64,000 nucleotides of DNA from Candidatus Moranbacteria bacterium RIFOXYB1_FULL_43_19. GTDB taxonomy: Bacteria; Patescibacteriota; Minisyncoccia; Moranbacterales; UBA11712. Under the pieces are notes generated by a model. It had not been told where the DNA came from and did no database searches. It saw nothing but the letters and a program-made list of their open reading frames with translations. The translations under genes and the position numbers were made by a program. This document shows, piece after piece, positions 28,731 to 39,199 of this stretch (position 1 is the stretch's first letter; each line of letters begins with the position of its first letter). The stretch lies in contig MFSH01000008.1 in assembly GCA_001784875.1 (NCBI GenBank), forward strand, positions 1,555-65,554. The letters run 5' to 3'.

Positions 28731-29921
28731 ATGTCTGAAAAAATAGACTTATCACCTATAAAAGAAATGGAACTCCGGGCGTCTCGCATTCCCGGAGTTG
28801 TTTCGCTGGCGCAGGGCGTGCCGTCTTTTGACACTCCGGAAACAGTGAAAAGCGCGGCCATTGAAGCGATTGAGAAGGGGAAGGTGGCCAAATATTCTCT
28901 GGCGCCGGGAACTCTTGAATTCCGGGAAGCAATTGCCCAGCATCTGGAAAAGGAAAACAAATTTTTTGACTTTGAGAAGGAAGTCATCGCCACTGCCGGA
29001 TCCATCGAGGCAATCACGGCGACACTTCTGGCGATTATCGAACCGGGTGACGAAGTTCTGATTCCGGATCCGACTTACACTTCATACCAGTCGGCTATCA
29101 AAGTTGCCCGGGGAGTTCCCGTTTTTGTTCCGCTCGATGAAAAAAATCATTGGGCACTCGACATTGAGAAATTCGAAAAACTCATCACACCGCGGACGAG
29201 AGCTTTTCTTTTTTGCAATCCCAACAATCCGACTGGAACCGTATTTGCTCGCAACCAGCTGCACGCGCTGGCGCAACTGGCCATCAAGCACAATTTATAC
29301 ATTTTGAGCGACGAAGTTTATAAGGATTTCGTCTTTGATTCCGGGGAAAAATTATATTCTCTTGCCGAACTTCGCGGCATCCGTGACCGACTCGTCTACA
29401 TATATTCCTTTTCCAAAGCCTATGCCATGACCGGCTGGCGGATAGCATATCTCGCCACGCATCAGGATCTATCCGCGCGCATTCTGGCGGTTCATGACGC
29501 GCTGGTCACCTGCGCGCCGGTCATTTCCCAATTCGCGGCCCAGGCGGCGCTTGAGATGGCCGATAAGGAGGTCATGCGTTTTAGAAATTATTTCCGGAAA
29601 AGACGGGACCTCATCTGCAAAAGACTGGACAAACTCAGCCACGTTTTTGAATATCAGAAACCGGACAGCGCCTATTTTGTGTTTCCCCGGATAAAAAAGG
29701 ATATTCTGCAAAAAATTGCCCCTGATGGCGGTTCCTGGCAGTTTGCGATAGAATTATTGGAGAAAGCCAAAGTGGCTACAGTCCCCGGTTCGGCTTTCGG
29801 TCCCAACGGCGAAAACCATATCCGGATGTGTTTTGGAAGGAGCGAAGAAGATATTAATTTGGCCTTTGACAGGATGGAAAAATATTTCAATGAACAAGGA
29901 ACAAAGATCAACGATCAATAA
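28731..29921 (+). CDS. class I/II PLP-dependent aminotransferase (AspC family)
   Basis: The PLP-lysine motif SFSKAYAMTGWRIAY is present. Confidence 0.8.
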   Translation: MSEKIDLSPIKEMELRASRIPGVVSLAQGVPSFDTPETVKSAAIEAIEKGKVAKYSLAPGTLEFREAIAQHLEKENKFFDFEKEVIATAGSIEAITATLLAIIEPGDEVLIPDPTYTSYQSAIKVARGVPVFVPLDEKNHWALDIEKFEKLITPRTRAFLFCNPNNPTGTVFARNQLHALAQLAIKHNLYILSDEVYKDFVFDSGEKLYSLAELRGIRDRLVYIYSFSKAYAMTGWRIAYLATHQDLSARILAVHDALVTCAPVISQFAAQAALEMADKEVMRFRNYFRKRRDLICKRLDKLSHVFEYQKPDSAYFVFPRIKKDILQKIAPDGGSWQFAIELLEKAKVATVPGSAFGPNGENHIRMCFGRSEEDINLAFDRMEKYFNEQGTKINDQ

Positions 29922-29967
29922 TTTTTTGTTCGTTGTTCTTTGATCATTGATCATTATCTAGGTAAGT

Positions 29968-30711
29968 ATGAAAAATTTATTTAAGAAAATAATTCAGCAT
30001 TATCTGAAATTATTTACCAAAATCATTCTTTGGCGGCACAAGCCGTTCATTGTAGCTGTGGCCGGAAGTACGAACAAGACCACGACCAAAGACTACATTC
30101 TCAAATTTCTGCGGGAAAAATACGGAGAAAAAGAGGTCCGGGGAAACCCGAAATCCTACAATACCGAAATCGGACTGCCTCTGGCGATCCTTTATCTTAA
30201 TTCCGGCGAATCCTCGGCGCTGCGCTGGCTGAAAATTCTTGTCCAGGCCAAAATACGGGCCCTGTTCGGACGAAAATTCCCTAAAAAACTGGTGCTTGAG
30301 TTTGGCGTGGAGGAAAAAGGGGATATGAAATATCTTCTTGAAATGGTTCGGCCGAACGTAGCTATCGTCACCAATATTGAAGGGAGCTATACCTACTCAA
30401 ATTCAGGCCTTGAAAAAATTTTTGAAGAAATGAAGATTATGGCGGAAAATATTCCCAAGGATGGATATATTCTTCTCAATGCTGATGACGAGCGGGTGAA
30501 TGGGCTTAAAAAACACACGAAAGCGAAAACGTTCACCTATGGATTTTCCGAGAATGCGGATGCCCGGGCGGAAAATTTGAAAACCGACGCCCAGGGCCAG
30601 ACATTCGGTTTTGTTTTTCAGGGCAAAAAAGAGTTTGTCCGGATAAAAAAATACGGCCGGACGAACATATATGCCTGGATGGCAGCAAAAGTGGTGAAAA
30701 ATATTTTGTGA
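29968..30711 (+). CDS. Mur-ligase-family protein with the central ATPase domain only; short and possibly truncated
   Basis: The P-loop reads VAVAGSTNKTTTKDYI, close to the Mur ligase GTNGKTT motif. At 247 aa it has no C-terminal domain. Confidence 0.5.
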   Translation: MKNLFKKIIQHYLKLFTKIILWRHKPFIVAVAGSTNKTTTKDYILKFLREKYGEKEVRGNPKSYNTEIGLPLAILYLNSGESSALRWLKILVQAKIRALFGRKFPKKLVLEFGVEEKGDMKYLLEMVRPNVAIVTNIEGSYTYSNSGLEKIFEEMKIMAENIPKDGYILLNADDERVNGLKKHTKAKTFTYGFSENADARAENLKTDAQGQTFGFVFQGKKEFVRIKKYGRTNIYAWMAAKVVKNIL

Positions 30712-30748
30712 AAGCGTAATTCCTAAGATCGGATCTTAGGAAAAAAAT

Positions 30749-31627
30749 ATGGCTTTTTTCCGCAAAAAAGAAAAAAACAAAAGTTGGAAGCGCAAGAAAA
30801 CAAAAATATATTCCGGTGTGCCGAAAAGGGAAAAACAAGAAAAAAAGGGCCGCTTCAGTCGATTCCTTTTTTGGATCTTGCTTTTGGGATTTTTGGGAGT
30901 ATGTGGATACCTTCTTTTTTTCTCGCCTTTTTTGGATGTGGACTCCATAGCTGTCGATGGAAACAAAGAAATACCGTCGGAGCAAATAGTCGAAAAAGCG
31001 AACGGCGCAATAGAAGGAAAATATTGGGGCTATCTTTCGAAACGTAATTTTCTCCTTGTCAGCAAGAATGCCATAAATAGTCAGCTGAAAAGCAGCTTCA
31101 ACCGGCTCGAAATTTCTTCAATCGAAAAAAAGTTTCCCCGGACAATTTTTATCAAAGTCAAGGAGCGCCAGCCGGAGCTTGTCTGGTGCAGCGGGGGAGT
31201 CTGCTATCTGGCTGACAAAAACGGCCTGATCTATTCCGGAGCCAACGCGACAGACGAACAGATAAACAAAGAACGTTTTCTGGTCGCGATTGATGACAAC
31301 GCCCGGCCGGTTGAAATAGGAAAAAATACTCTCGGCGAAAACTTCATCCAATATCTCAAAGAGATTGACGCGGTTCTTGTAAATGACCTCGGGTTTTCAA
31401 TTGACGGAAAATACCATACCCCCGCCCTTTCTTCGCAGGAAATCATTGTGAAAATCAAAGAGGGTGAAGGCTGGACGCTGAAGCTTTCCAGCTTGATTTC
31501 CCCCGGGGAGACAAAAAAAATTCTCGAAACGGTTTTCGAGAAGGATCTATCGGGGGACAAAAGGATCCGATTGGAATATTTGGATTTGAGGGTGAAGGGT
31601 AAGGTGTATTATAAACTTAGGTCATAA
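30749..31627 (+). CDS. FtsQ/DivIB-like cell division protein (POTRA domain)
   Basis: A basic N-terminus and a TM segment are followed by a POTRA-like region (SIAVDGNKEIPSEQIVEKA). Confidence 0.6.
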   Translation: MAFFRKKEKNKSWKRKKTKIYSGVPKREKQEKKGRFSRFLFWILLLGFLGVCGYLLFFSPFLDVDSIAVDGNKEIPSEQIVEKANGAIEGKYWGYLSKRNFLLVSKNAINSQLKSSFNRLEISSIEKKFPRTIFIKVKERQPELVWCSGGVCYLADKNGLIYSGANATDEQINKERFLVAIDDNARPVEIGKNTLGENFIQYLKEIDAVLVNDLGFSIDGKYHTPALSSQEIIVKIKEGEGWTLKLSSLISPGETKKILETVFEKDLSGDKRIRLEYLDLRVKGKVYYKLRS

Positions 31628-31629
31628 GA

Positions 31630-31735
31630 AACAAGCGGTGGGCGGTGGGTCTAGCCGTGGGCCATTAGTTATTAGTTTCCCATGACCCAAGACCGGTGAC
31701 CTGCCCCATTACCAATGACCTAGTTACCAATGACT
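31630..31735. repeat. family E intergenic imperfect inverted repeat
   Basis: AGCGGTGGGCGGTGGG ... CCCATGACCCAAGACCGGTGACC. Confidence 0.5.
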
Positions 31736-31769
31736 TATTATTGCTCCAAAGTTCAAGATAATATAGAAA

Positions 31770-33563
31770 TTATTCTATTTTGTATATTAAAATTGAGTAT
31801 CCAATCGTGGCATAAGGTTCCCGTTCCCGCAGCCACTCGTAGTCCGGTTTTCCTTCTGTGATTTTGTAGTAGAGTGAATTCTGGATGAAAGTCGCCGAAA
31901 TAGCATACCAGCCGGGTTCTTGTCCTGAATCGGCGTGCCAGATGACGGCTTTTGAACCGAGATAGTGGACAACATCTCCGCCGCCAAAATAGTCAACCCG
32001 GATTTTGTCGATGTTGTTTTCGTCCACGAAACTTTTGAGGCGCTTCAAATCCTGGCCCCAGTCAACATTGGAATCGGTTACGTATTTGTAGCCGTTTTTT
32101 GATCCGCCGATGGTTTCGTTGAAATAGGCGAGATAATAGGGATAGGCAAAGGCGGTTTCGGCGACTAGCCAGAGCAAAAGAACAGCCACAACCGCTGAAT
32201 AAATTTTCCTCGTTTTTCCCCGCAACCTCGCCCAAAGAAAAATAATTTCTTTGGAAATAAGAATATACATGAACGGCAGGATCGGAAAAAGGTGCCGAAA
32301 GCCAATATTGAGATTTCCGGTGATGCTCACATAGGCATAGAGGGCGACAAAAAGGAGCATGGCGGTTTCGGCGATGTGGCCATCCAGATAATTTTTGGCG
32401 TTTTTCCAAATATGCCGCGGAAAATCAGCCAAGTTGTTGCGCAGGATGAAATAGATAGAGATAGCGAGCGCGCTAAGAAGCAAGATAAGAATTGGCAAAG
32501 GCTCTTTGATGAGAAAGACAAGCGGAAAGTATTCGCGGAAACTCTGGTTTGTCACTTGGCCGAAGAAATAGGTCGTGTTCCCCCCGGCAACGCGCCCAAA
32601 GACCATGAAAAATCCGGTGAAGTATTGGGCCAGAGGCCTCAAGACGGGGCTGTCTGCCATTTTGTGAAGATAAGGCGCCGCGATGTTTTGCGTTCCGCCA
32701 TAAAGCTGCGTGTCAATAAGTTGGTGGACTTTTTCCGCCGGCATTTTATATATATTGGCTTCATACACAACCCAGATCATGGCAAAACAAACGATCACAA
32801 TGACTGCAAAGGTGGCGGCGTAGTGGCAAAATTTCTGGAGCCAGAACTTCTTGATCTTGCTGATGCCCCAAAAAGAATATTTCAGCTTGTCTTTTCGGAA
32901 AAATATGCAAATAAGAAGCGATAATCCAAAAATGGGGAAAAGAAGCACGGCCGAAAATTTGGCCAGCTGGGCGAGGCCCAAAAAAACTCCAGCCAGCGCT
33001 GTCATCTTCCAGCTTGGATCTTTGAGATATTTGACGAAAAAATAAAAGGCGAAAACAGAAAAAGCGGCAATTCCGAGATCGGTTGTCACATAGTGGTCGT
33101 GGCCCAAAATATTGGGGTCAAAGGCGTAAAGAACGAGTGCCAGAAGTCCCGCTTTGACGCCAAAAAGCTCCTTGGCCCATTTGAAAATGAAAAATCCTAA
33201 AAGAAGAGAAAGCAGGACAATCGGAAATCTCGACCAAAAAATTATTTTTTCCGTATCGTTTCCGGGCAGATACATAAAGCGCCAGCCAGCGTTCCATTGT
33301 CCGTTGGCGTCAGTTGCCCAGAACTGTTCATCGGTCGGAAAAGTGACGTTCAGGAATTGGAGCGGGATGCCGGCCAGGTCCTTGAGAATGGGGGGATGCT
33401 CCGGATTGAGGCGATAGTCGTGATATTTAATATATGAGTATCCCGACGGAATATGGGCTACTTCATCCATAATGGCCGCGTCGCCAAGCGCTGTGCCAAT
33501 AGAAATGGCAAGCATGATTGCCAAAATCGCAGCAACGATATACTTTTGGTATTTTTCGAGCAT
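31770..33563 (-). CDS. GT-C glycosyltransferase, PMT/GT39-like (dolichyl-phosphate-mannose-protein mannosyltransferase family)
   Basis: A polytopic membrane protein with the N-terminal-loop DE motif (AAIMDEVAHIPSGYSY). Confidence 0.7.
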   Translation of the reverse strand: MLEKYQKYIVAAILAIMLAISIGTALGDAAIMDEVAHIPSGYSYIKYHDYRLNPEHPPILKDLAGIPLQFLNVTFPTDEQFWATDANGQWNAGWRFMYLPGNDTEKIIFWSRFPIVLLSLLLGFFIFKWAKELFGVKAGLLALVLYAFDPNILGHDHYVTTDLGIAAFSVFAFYFFVKYLKDPSWKMTALAGVFLGLAQLAKFSAVLLFPIFGLSLLICIFFRKDKLKYSFWGISKIKKFWLQKFCHYAATFAVIVIVCFAMIWVVYEANIYKMPAEKVHQLIDTQLYGGTQNIAAPYLHKMADSPVLRPLAQYFTGFFMVFGRVAGGNTTYFFGQVTNQSFREYFPLVFLIKEPLPILILLLSALAISIYFILRNNLADFPRHIWKNAKNYLDGHIAETAMLLFVALYAYVSITGNLNIGFRHLFPILPFMYILISKEIIFLWARLRGKTRKIYSAVVAVLLLWLVAETAFAYPYYLAYFNETIGGSKNGYKYVTDSNVDWGQDLKRLKSFVDENNIDKIRVDYFGGGDVVHYLGSKAVIWHADSGQEPGWYAISATFIQNSLYYKITEGKPDYEWLREREPYATIGYSILIYKIE

Positions 33564-33656
33564 GATTTCGAATTTTTAATTTTATAATTTTTAAATAATG
33601 TCCAAATTTTTAATGTTTTAAAATTAGATCATTAAAAATGATTTAAAAATCAAAAA

Positions 33657-35495
33657 TTAATTTACGTTTATAACATAATAATCCGTCCCATTTCCGGGCT
33701 GGGGATCGAGCTTTTGGACATAGGCTCCCGGGAAAATTGATTTTGTTTTGGCGATGATTTCGCCGTCATAATACATAAGAACTATCTTGGCCGGCGCCTT
33801 GACGGTTTTCGGGTCGAAGTCGACGGGACGGAAATAGGCAATTTCCGGAGTCGGATAATGCGTTAGAACTTTTATCGCTTCGGCCGAGACAGGCAGGCCA
33901 TCGTCCATGATCTGGCCCCCGGCATTGGCAATGACGTATTTATTCACGTTGGGCGGAAGATTATTGAGATAAAGGGCCATATTTTTGAAATTTTGGGAAA
34001 AAGCGGCGTGAATGTCAGGGGCGCTGGCCCAGTCGATGAAATATGTTTTGATGGCGGCAAATCCAGACCAGGCAATGAGAATGATCAGCGCGGCGCGGCC
34101 GAGCTGGGCGGCAGGAAGCCGGAAATTTCTGGTTTTCATATGGTCGAGAAACCGGAAAATCATTTCCACGGCAAAAGCGGCAATGAGAATAGCAGCCGGG
34201 AGGGCTCCAATGGTCCGAAGAGCGTGGGGAAGGCCTTCGTAGGTGAGAAGTCCCGGCAGAAGCATGGCCACAAGCCAGGAAAGGAGAAGGACAGAGACCA
34301 CAAATTCCTGGCTTCTTTTCCTAAACCTGATTCTCTGATAAAGCCAATAGAAGAAATGGTAAATCAAAATGATTATCCCAATCAGGAAAAATATTCCCGT
34401 CCATGACTGAAGCTCTGGCTGGGAGGGAAAATTATGCCGCCAGTTCTGGTCACCTTTCACATTGAACATTCCAAAAGTCTTGCTGGTACTTTCCCAAAGA
34501 GCCGGCAGAAGATGGCCCTGGTTAACTTTTGGCGAAAGGACAGAAACAGATTCGGATCGGGTTTCAAAATATTCGGGATGCAGCCAAAAAGTGAGAAGCA
34601 TCGGAAGGGCGACAAAAAAAGCAGCTGAAAAGAAAGCCAGAATCGGCCTCCAGTGTTCGCGGAGGAACTTTTTCTTTGAAATGAGGAAAGCGATGAAAAG
34701 GGCAACGAGAATCGCCGGGGCGATCCGGAAGGCGATGTAACCGTGGATTCCAAGGCCGAAAAACACGCCGGCCAAAATATAATCATAGACCCCGCACCAA
34801 TTTTTTATATTAAAAAAAGATCCTAATTTTTCTCCCAAACTTTTTTGTCTTCGGGAAATTGATGCGGGGCAAGCTTTTTTCTCGCGCAGGCCCTTGAAAA
34901 GAAAATAAAAGGCAAAAACAAGGACGAACGGCAGCATGTTGGCGCGAAAAGAAATGCGGTTGAAATTGATGGCCCAAAAAGAAGTGGCGTATAGAAAACC
35001 GGCGACCAGTCCGGTCCGGTAGGTGCCGAAAAGCTCGCGGGCAAGAAGCATCATCCCGGCCACTGTCAATGCGCCGAAAAAGACCGACCACATTTTGAGA
35101 GTAATGATGCTGACGCCGAAGAATTTGAATCCCAAAGCAATGAGATTCATGAAAAGTCCCTCACGCCCATAGTTATTGGGATAGAACCACTGAAATTGGC
35201 CGGTTTCGAGAGCGTTGATGGCGTCGGTCCCATTGACAGCCTCATCCGGATAAACTCCGGGAGGCAACGTCGTGATATGATATGTCCTTGCCAGAATAGC
35301 AATCGCAAAAATCGAAGCCGCGACTGTCAAATAGAAAAATCGATGTTGGAGAAAAGAGTTATCTTTCCAAACAGCAGCTATTCTGTCCTTGAGGGCAGGT
35401 TTTTTTTGCTTTTTTGTTTTACTTTTCATTTCTGTTTTAGAAGTTATTCCGATGATCATATTATACATCAAAACCCCGAGGCTTGACAATATCAT
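33657..35495 (-). CDS. GT-C glycosyltransferase, ArnT/GT83-like
   Basis: A polytopic membrane protein with a DE motif (YPDEAVNGTDAINALETG). Confidence 0.7.
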   Translation of the reverse strand: MILSSLGVLMYNMIIGITSKTEMKSKTKKQKKPALKDRIAAVWKDNSFLQHRFFYLTVAASIFAIAILARTYHITTLPPGVYPDEAVNGTDAINALETGQFQWFYPNNYGREGLFMNLIALGFKFFGVSIITLKMWSVFFGALTVAGMMLLARELFGTYRTGLVAGFLYATSFWAINFNRISFRANMLPFVLVFAFYFLFKGLREKKACPASISRRQKSLGEKLGSFFNIKNWCGVYDYILAGVFFGLGIHGYIAFRIAPAILVALFIAFLISKKKFLREHWRPILAFFSAAFFVALPMLLTFWLHPEYFETRSESVSVLSPKVNQGHLLPALWESTSKTFGMFNVKGDQNWRHNFPSQPELQSWTGIFFLIGIIILIYHFFYWLYQRIRFRKRSQEFVVSVLLLSWLVAMLLPGLLTYEGLPHALRTIGALPAAILIAAFAVEMIFRFLDHMKTRNFRLPAAQLGRAALIILIAWSGFAAIKTYFIDWASAPDIHAAFSQNFKNMALYLNNLPPNVNKYVIANAGGQIMDDGLPVSAEAIKVLTHYPTPEIAYFRPVDFDPKTVKAPAKIVLMYYDGEIIAKTKSIFPGAYVQKLDPQPGNGTDYYVINVN

Positions 35496-35577
35496 TTTTT
35501 CGTAGTAAGCAGAAGGCAGATATACAAGGCGTTTTGCAATGTCAGGCGCTTAAATTTCAGGCGGGAGGGGAAAGGAA

Positions 35578-36435
35578 ATGGTAAAAAAATTGTGGATTTT
35601 TCGGATTTTTTTCTTTTTTTCTTTGATATTTAGCACGAATGCCTTTGCCGCTGACCGGCAGGGCGTGTGGGAAGCTCTGCACTTTGATCGTCTGTATCAG
35701 GAGTATGTGCTTTGGCACCAATGGGCTGACAGCGGAAAAGTCAAGTTTGAGATCTCAAAGTATTCACTCATCGGTGACCAAGAAAAAGAAGAAGTTTTCT
35801 GTTCCGGAGAAATTGAAGCCAACTCCATTCTTATCGCCAAAGATTTTTTCAATGGCGATGATGGCATCGTTTTTGCCCGGAGAGAGGGGAGTTCTGGAAA
35901 TTTGAGTTATTCTTTCTTCTGTTTCTATCCATATGCCAGAAAACTGGAAAAAGTTTTCCCGGAACGGTTTCTGGAATGCGGCTCCCTCACGGTCGAAGGT
36001 GGACGCCTGATCGAATGGTCAAGCTTGAGGTCCACGGTCATAGAGCTCGAAGATGGAAAAGTTATTTTCAAAGATGAAATTGTGGGTAAAAATCTTCTTC
36101 TCTATGCCGGCGGATATGTCATTTCCTTCAATATGAGTGACGGAAAAATATCTGCTCGGCTGGGGGAAATTATCCGCCGCAAAAAAAAGGTAATCACAAT
36201 GGATCGAGGTGCCCTTGCCAACGGCTCGACCATAAATATACCAGTTGGCCAGGGCATAATACTGATCCGGACCGACAGGATCACGACCTGTGAAAAAATC
36301 AGGATTGAGGGAGAAGCGCTTAAGATAATCACGCCCAATGTTTCCATCGGCGACAAAAAAGGAGAGAGCCGAATTTCGATCGAGTATAATCATAGCCAGC
36401 CCCATTCTTTTGAACTGAAAGTCAGGGCGAATTGA
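35578..36435 (+). CDS. secreted hypothetical protein
   Basis: A signal peptide (FSLIFSTNAFA|AD) is present. No family was recognised. Confidence 0.45.
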   Translation: MVKKLWIFRIFFFFSLIFSTNAFAADRQGVWEALHFDRLYQEYVLWHQWADSGKVKFEISKYSLIGDQEKEEVFCSGEIEANSILIAKDFFNGDDGIVFARREGSSGNLSYSFFCFYPYARKLEKVFPERFLECGSLTVEGGRLIEWSSLRSTVIELEDGKVIFKDEIVGKNLLLYAGGYVISFNMSDGKISARLGEIIRRKKKVITMDRGALANGSTINIPVGQGIILIRTDRITTCEKIRIEGEALKIITPNVSIGDKKGESRISIEYNHSQPHSFELKVRAN

Positions 36436-36661
36436 ATGGGTGTCCAAATTTTTAAGCTTCCGGTGCCAAACTGCGTGGATTCCACGCGGGGCAGCGCCGG
36501 GGCTTTTTTTATAGAAAAAACCTTGCCCCGTACCAATTCTGCGCAATATACACCAAACATCGCAGGCAAATTAAAATTATCTTCTAACAAGCTGCTGATA
36601 CGGCAGAAAAATTGGTGCGGGGTTATCCACACCGCCGGATGTTGTTCTCTCCAGAAAGTTT

Positions 36662-39187
36662 TTGTGGTATAATTCTGGAAAAGAAAAGAAAATTTTTTCC
36701 ATGGTAAACAAAAAACCATCACAAACGGGCGGGAGAATTGAAGTTGGTACAATATCGCCAACTGGACCAGCTAGGCAAGTTGAAAATCCAGAAAAAAAAG
36801 AGCTCAAGTTGACCAAAGAAGAGGAAAGAAAAATCGCCCAAGACATCCAAATTCTTTCCGGAAAATACGATTTTGCCAAACTTTTGCGGCAAAAGGGTTT
36901 CGATGTGACAGATACAGACGGAGAAGAATTCAGAATATTTGTTTTGAACAATATGGGTGATCTTCAGGGCGCCCTGCTGTCATATTTGGAAGAAGAATAT
37001 GGGACGCAAAAATTGAAGCAAGAAATTCTTGGAAACGGAAACCTTGCAAGCGAATTTTTTGAAGCTGAAATGGAAAAACAGACGGGAGAATATTATTGCA
37101 AATTTTTGAACAGCCAGAATGAATTGAGTGAAAAACAAGGCCGGAATTTTGACCGGATGAACCTTGAGAAACACTCAGATGTTGTTTTGAAATCAGCGGC
37201 AGAAGTCCTGTCAGAAGCCGTGGACCAAAAAGAGCTGAAAGAAAAAATAGAAGCAGCTGTCGAGGAAAAAATTCAAAAAATTATGCAAGCCATGGACGGG
37301 CTGGATCAAGACGGGTTGCGAAAAAGTGGAGTGGATCCGGACGCTCTCGAAGCAGAAAAGAAATCTTTCTTAGAAAAGGAGAAACAGAAAATTATCGAAC
37401 ATTGTCTGGAAAGATTCCAAAAAGGTTCTGAAGCGGGACCACTGCCTCAAGATCCCGAACAAATTGTTTTTTGGACGAACTATTTCACGAACTCCGCTTT
37501 CAGCCATAAGGGTGACGAAAATCTCCGGAAGGCCTTCGGAAAAGCGTTTCCAAAAACTGTGGGCGGGACAGAAAAATCCGAAATGGACAACAGGGCGGAT
37601 CCCAATGCCACTCCCGAGAGGTTGATTGCCGAACACGGGCTATATAGCGCCAAAACGCCGAATTTGGATGAAATGCTGGGAAAAAGTCCTTCTAAAGAAG
37701 AAGCTTTGCAACGGCTCAAAGAAAATATGCGCAAGTTTTTGGATGATTTCACGACGCACGGGATGCTCGGTCCCCCCGATCCGGAAACAGGAGAGCGCCA
37801 AATTTTGCCGCGGTCTGATCTGGACGGACAGGCTTGCGTGCTGCTTCTCAAAAAAGCGGGCTTCAATTTGGACAAATTGAAATACGTGAAACAGGGCGAG
37901 GAGCCGGAATCGGGCTGGGCATTTGACATAACCAAGGAGCACGGCTATGTCCTGAAAGACGGAGGCCGGGTTCTCATCACCAACGATTCAAACAAAGAAT
38001 CCGGAAAAGACAGTTCGGCCAAGTTTATCTTCGAGGGGCTCAAAAATTTTGGCCTGCTTGACCAGATTGGAAAAGAGGAAATGAAGGCTCTTGAAAAATT
38101 TGTCGAATTTGTGACAAAAGAAGACAACAAAGACTACACCGACCACGAAGCGAAGCAAATCATTGACCATTATCCCAAAAATCTGGCGGGACTGCGCAGA
38201 TTCTTGACGGACGAGGACTTGCTTCGGGTTTTTGAAGAACAGGTAAAGGAAAAAAAATATTTCAACCCATATATGGCTTTGCCGGGCATATATCTGGAAA
38301 ATCTTTCCTATCGCGATCCGGCAACGGGCGAACCGATGAAATTCGAGCAGGTTTCGAAAAAACTCCATAATTCCAAAAAATATTCTTTGGAATCGATCAG
38401 CGATTCGGAGAGCAAGGGATTCTTCATTGACACGGGCGACGGGCGTTTTGGAAAAGTTTTGATTGACTCCGGAAGGCTCGACGCGCAGGGAGTCCGGAGA
38501 AGAAAAATCGGCTTGGGTTATGATGCAGCGAGAAGCGAGGGATTTGGAGCCTATGTGGTTTTTGACGAAGAAGGCAAATATTTTTCCGTCCAAACCGTGA
38601 AAGACATGGACTTTGAATTTGGTCAGGGAATGGAAGTTAGCAAGCGGTATTGGCTTTTCACAGGAGACAGGAAATTGGAGGTGAATCTGGAGGAAATACT
38701 CAAAAAATTGAGTGGCAATCCGGATTATCAGATGGAAGCCGGTCTCAAAGAAGCTCTGGAAAAAGAGAAAAAAGAAATTGAAGAAACAGAAAAAAGAGTG
38801 AATCTTCTCTTTGATGGGTTGAAAATCGGGGCGATTGAAGCAGGAATGCCCGAAGATATTTCCGCCCTTTCAGGCGAAGAAAAAAAGAAAGCCGAGGCGA
38901 AATTCAGGCTTCTGGAAGAAACAAAAACGCTTGCGCGGAAGATTGCGGGCGCTGTATCAGTGAAGGATGTCGAATATTTTTTGGCGAGCGTCTTGGGAGA
39001 GAAAAACTTTGAACAATATGCCAGTTTGAGGGACAAGGAAACAGATCCGGGAAAAAGAGAAAGATTTGGCAATGTAGTCAAAAAAGCATCGCGTGATTTT
39101 TTGGAAAAAAGAGGCTATAATAAGGATGAAGCAAAACAAGTTGTCAACTTATTTTTCAAAATAACGGATCTAAGGTTTACCAAATAA
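36662..39187 (+). CDS. large hypothetical protein (841 aa, highly charged, no TM)
   Basis: A clean ORF, first of a same-strand block that ends in a T4CP-like ATPase. Confidence 0.5.
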   Translation: MWYNSGKEKKIFSMVNKKPSQTGGRIEVGTISPTGPARQVENPEKKELKLTKEEERKIAQDIQILSGKYDFAKLLRQKGFDVTDTDGEEFRIFVLNNMGDLQGALLSYLEEEYGTQKLKQEILGNGNLASEFFEAEMEKQTGEYYCKFLNSQNELSEKQGRNFDRMNLEKHSDVVLKSAAEVLSEAVDQKELKEKIEAAVEEKIQKIMQAMDGLDQDGLRKSGVDPDALEAEKKSFLEKEKQKIIEHCLERFQKGSEAGPLPQDPEQIVFWTNYFTNSAFSHKGDENLRKAFGKAFPKTVGGTEKSEMDNRADPNATPERLIAEHGLYSAKTPNLDEMLGKSPSKEEALQRLKENMRKFLDDFTTHGMLGPPDPETGERQILPRSDLDGQACVLLLKKAGFNLDKLKYVKQGEEPESGWAFDITKEHGYVLKDGGRVLITNDSNKESGKDSSAKFIFEGLKNFGLLDQIGKEEMKALEKFVEFVTKEDNKDYTDHEAKQIIDHYPKNLAGLRRFLTDEDLLRVFEEQVKEKKYFNPYMALPGIYLENLSYRDPATGEPMKFEQVSKKLHNSKKYSLESISDSESKGFFIDTGDGRFGKVLIDSGRLDAQGVRRRKIGLGYDAARSEGFGAYVVFDEEGKYFSVQTVKDMDFEFGQGMEVSKRYWLFTGDRKLEVNLEEILKKLSGNPDYQMEAGLKEALEKEKKEIEETEKRVNLLFDGLKIGAIEAGMPEDISALSGEEKKKAEAKFRLLEETKTLARKIAGAVSVKDVEYFLASVLGEKNFEQYASLRDKETDPGKRERFGNVVKKASRDFLEKRGYNKDEAKQVVNLFFKITDLRFTK

Positions 39188-39199
39188 AAAATAAATTTT

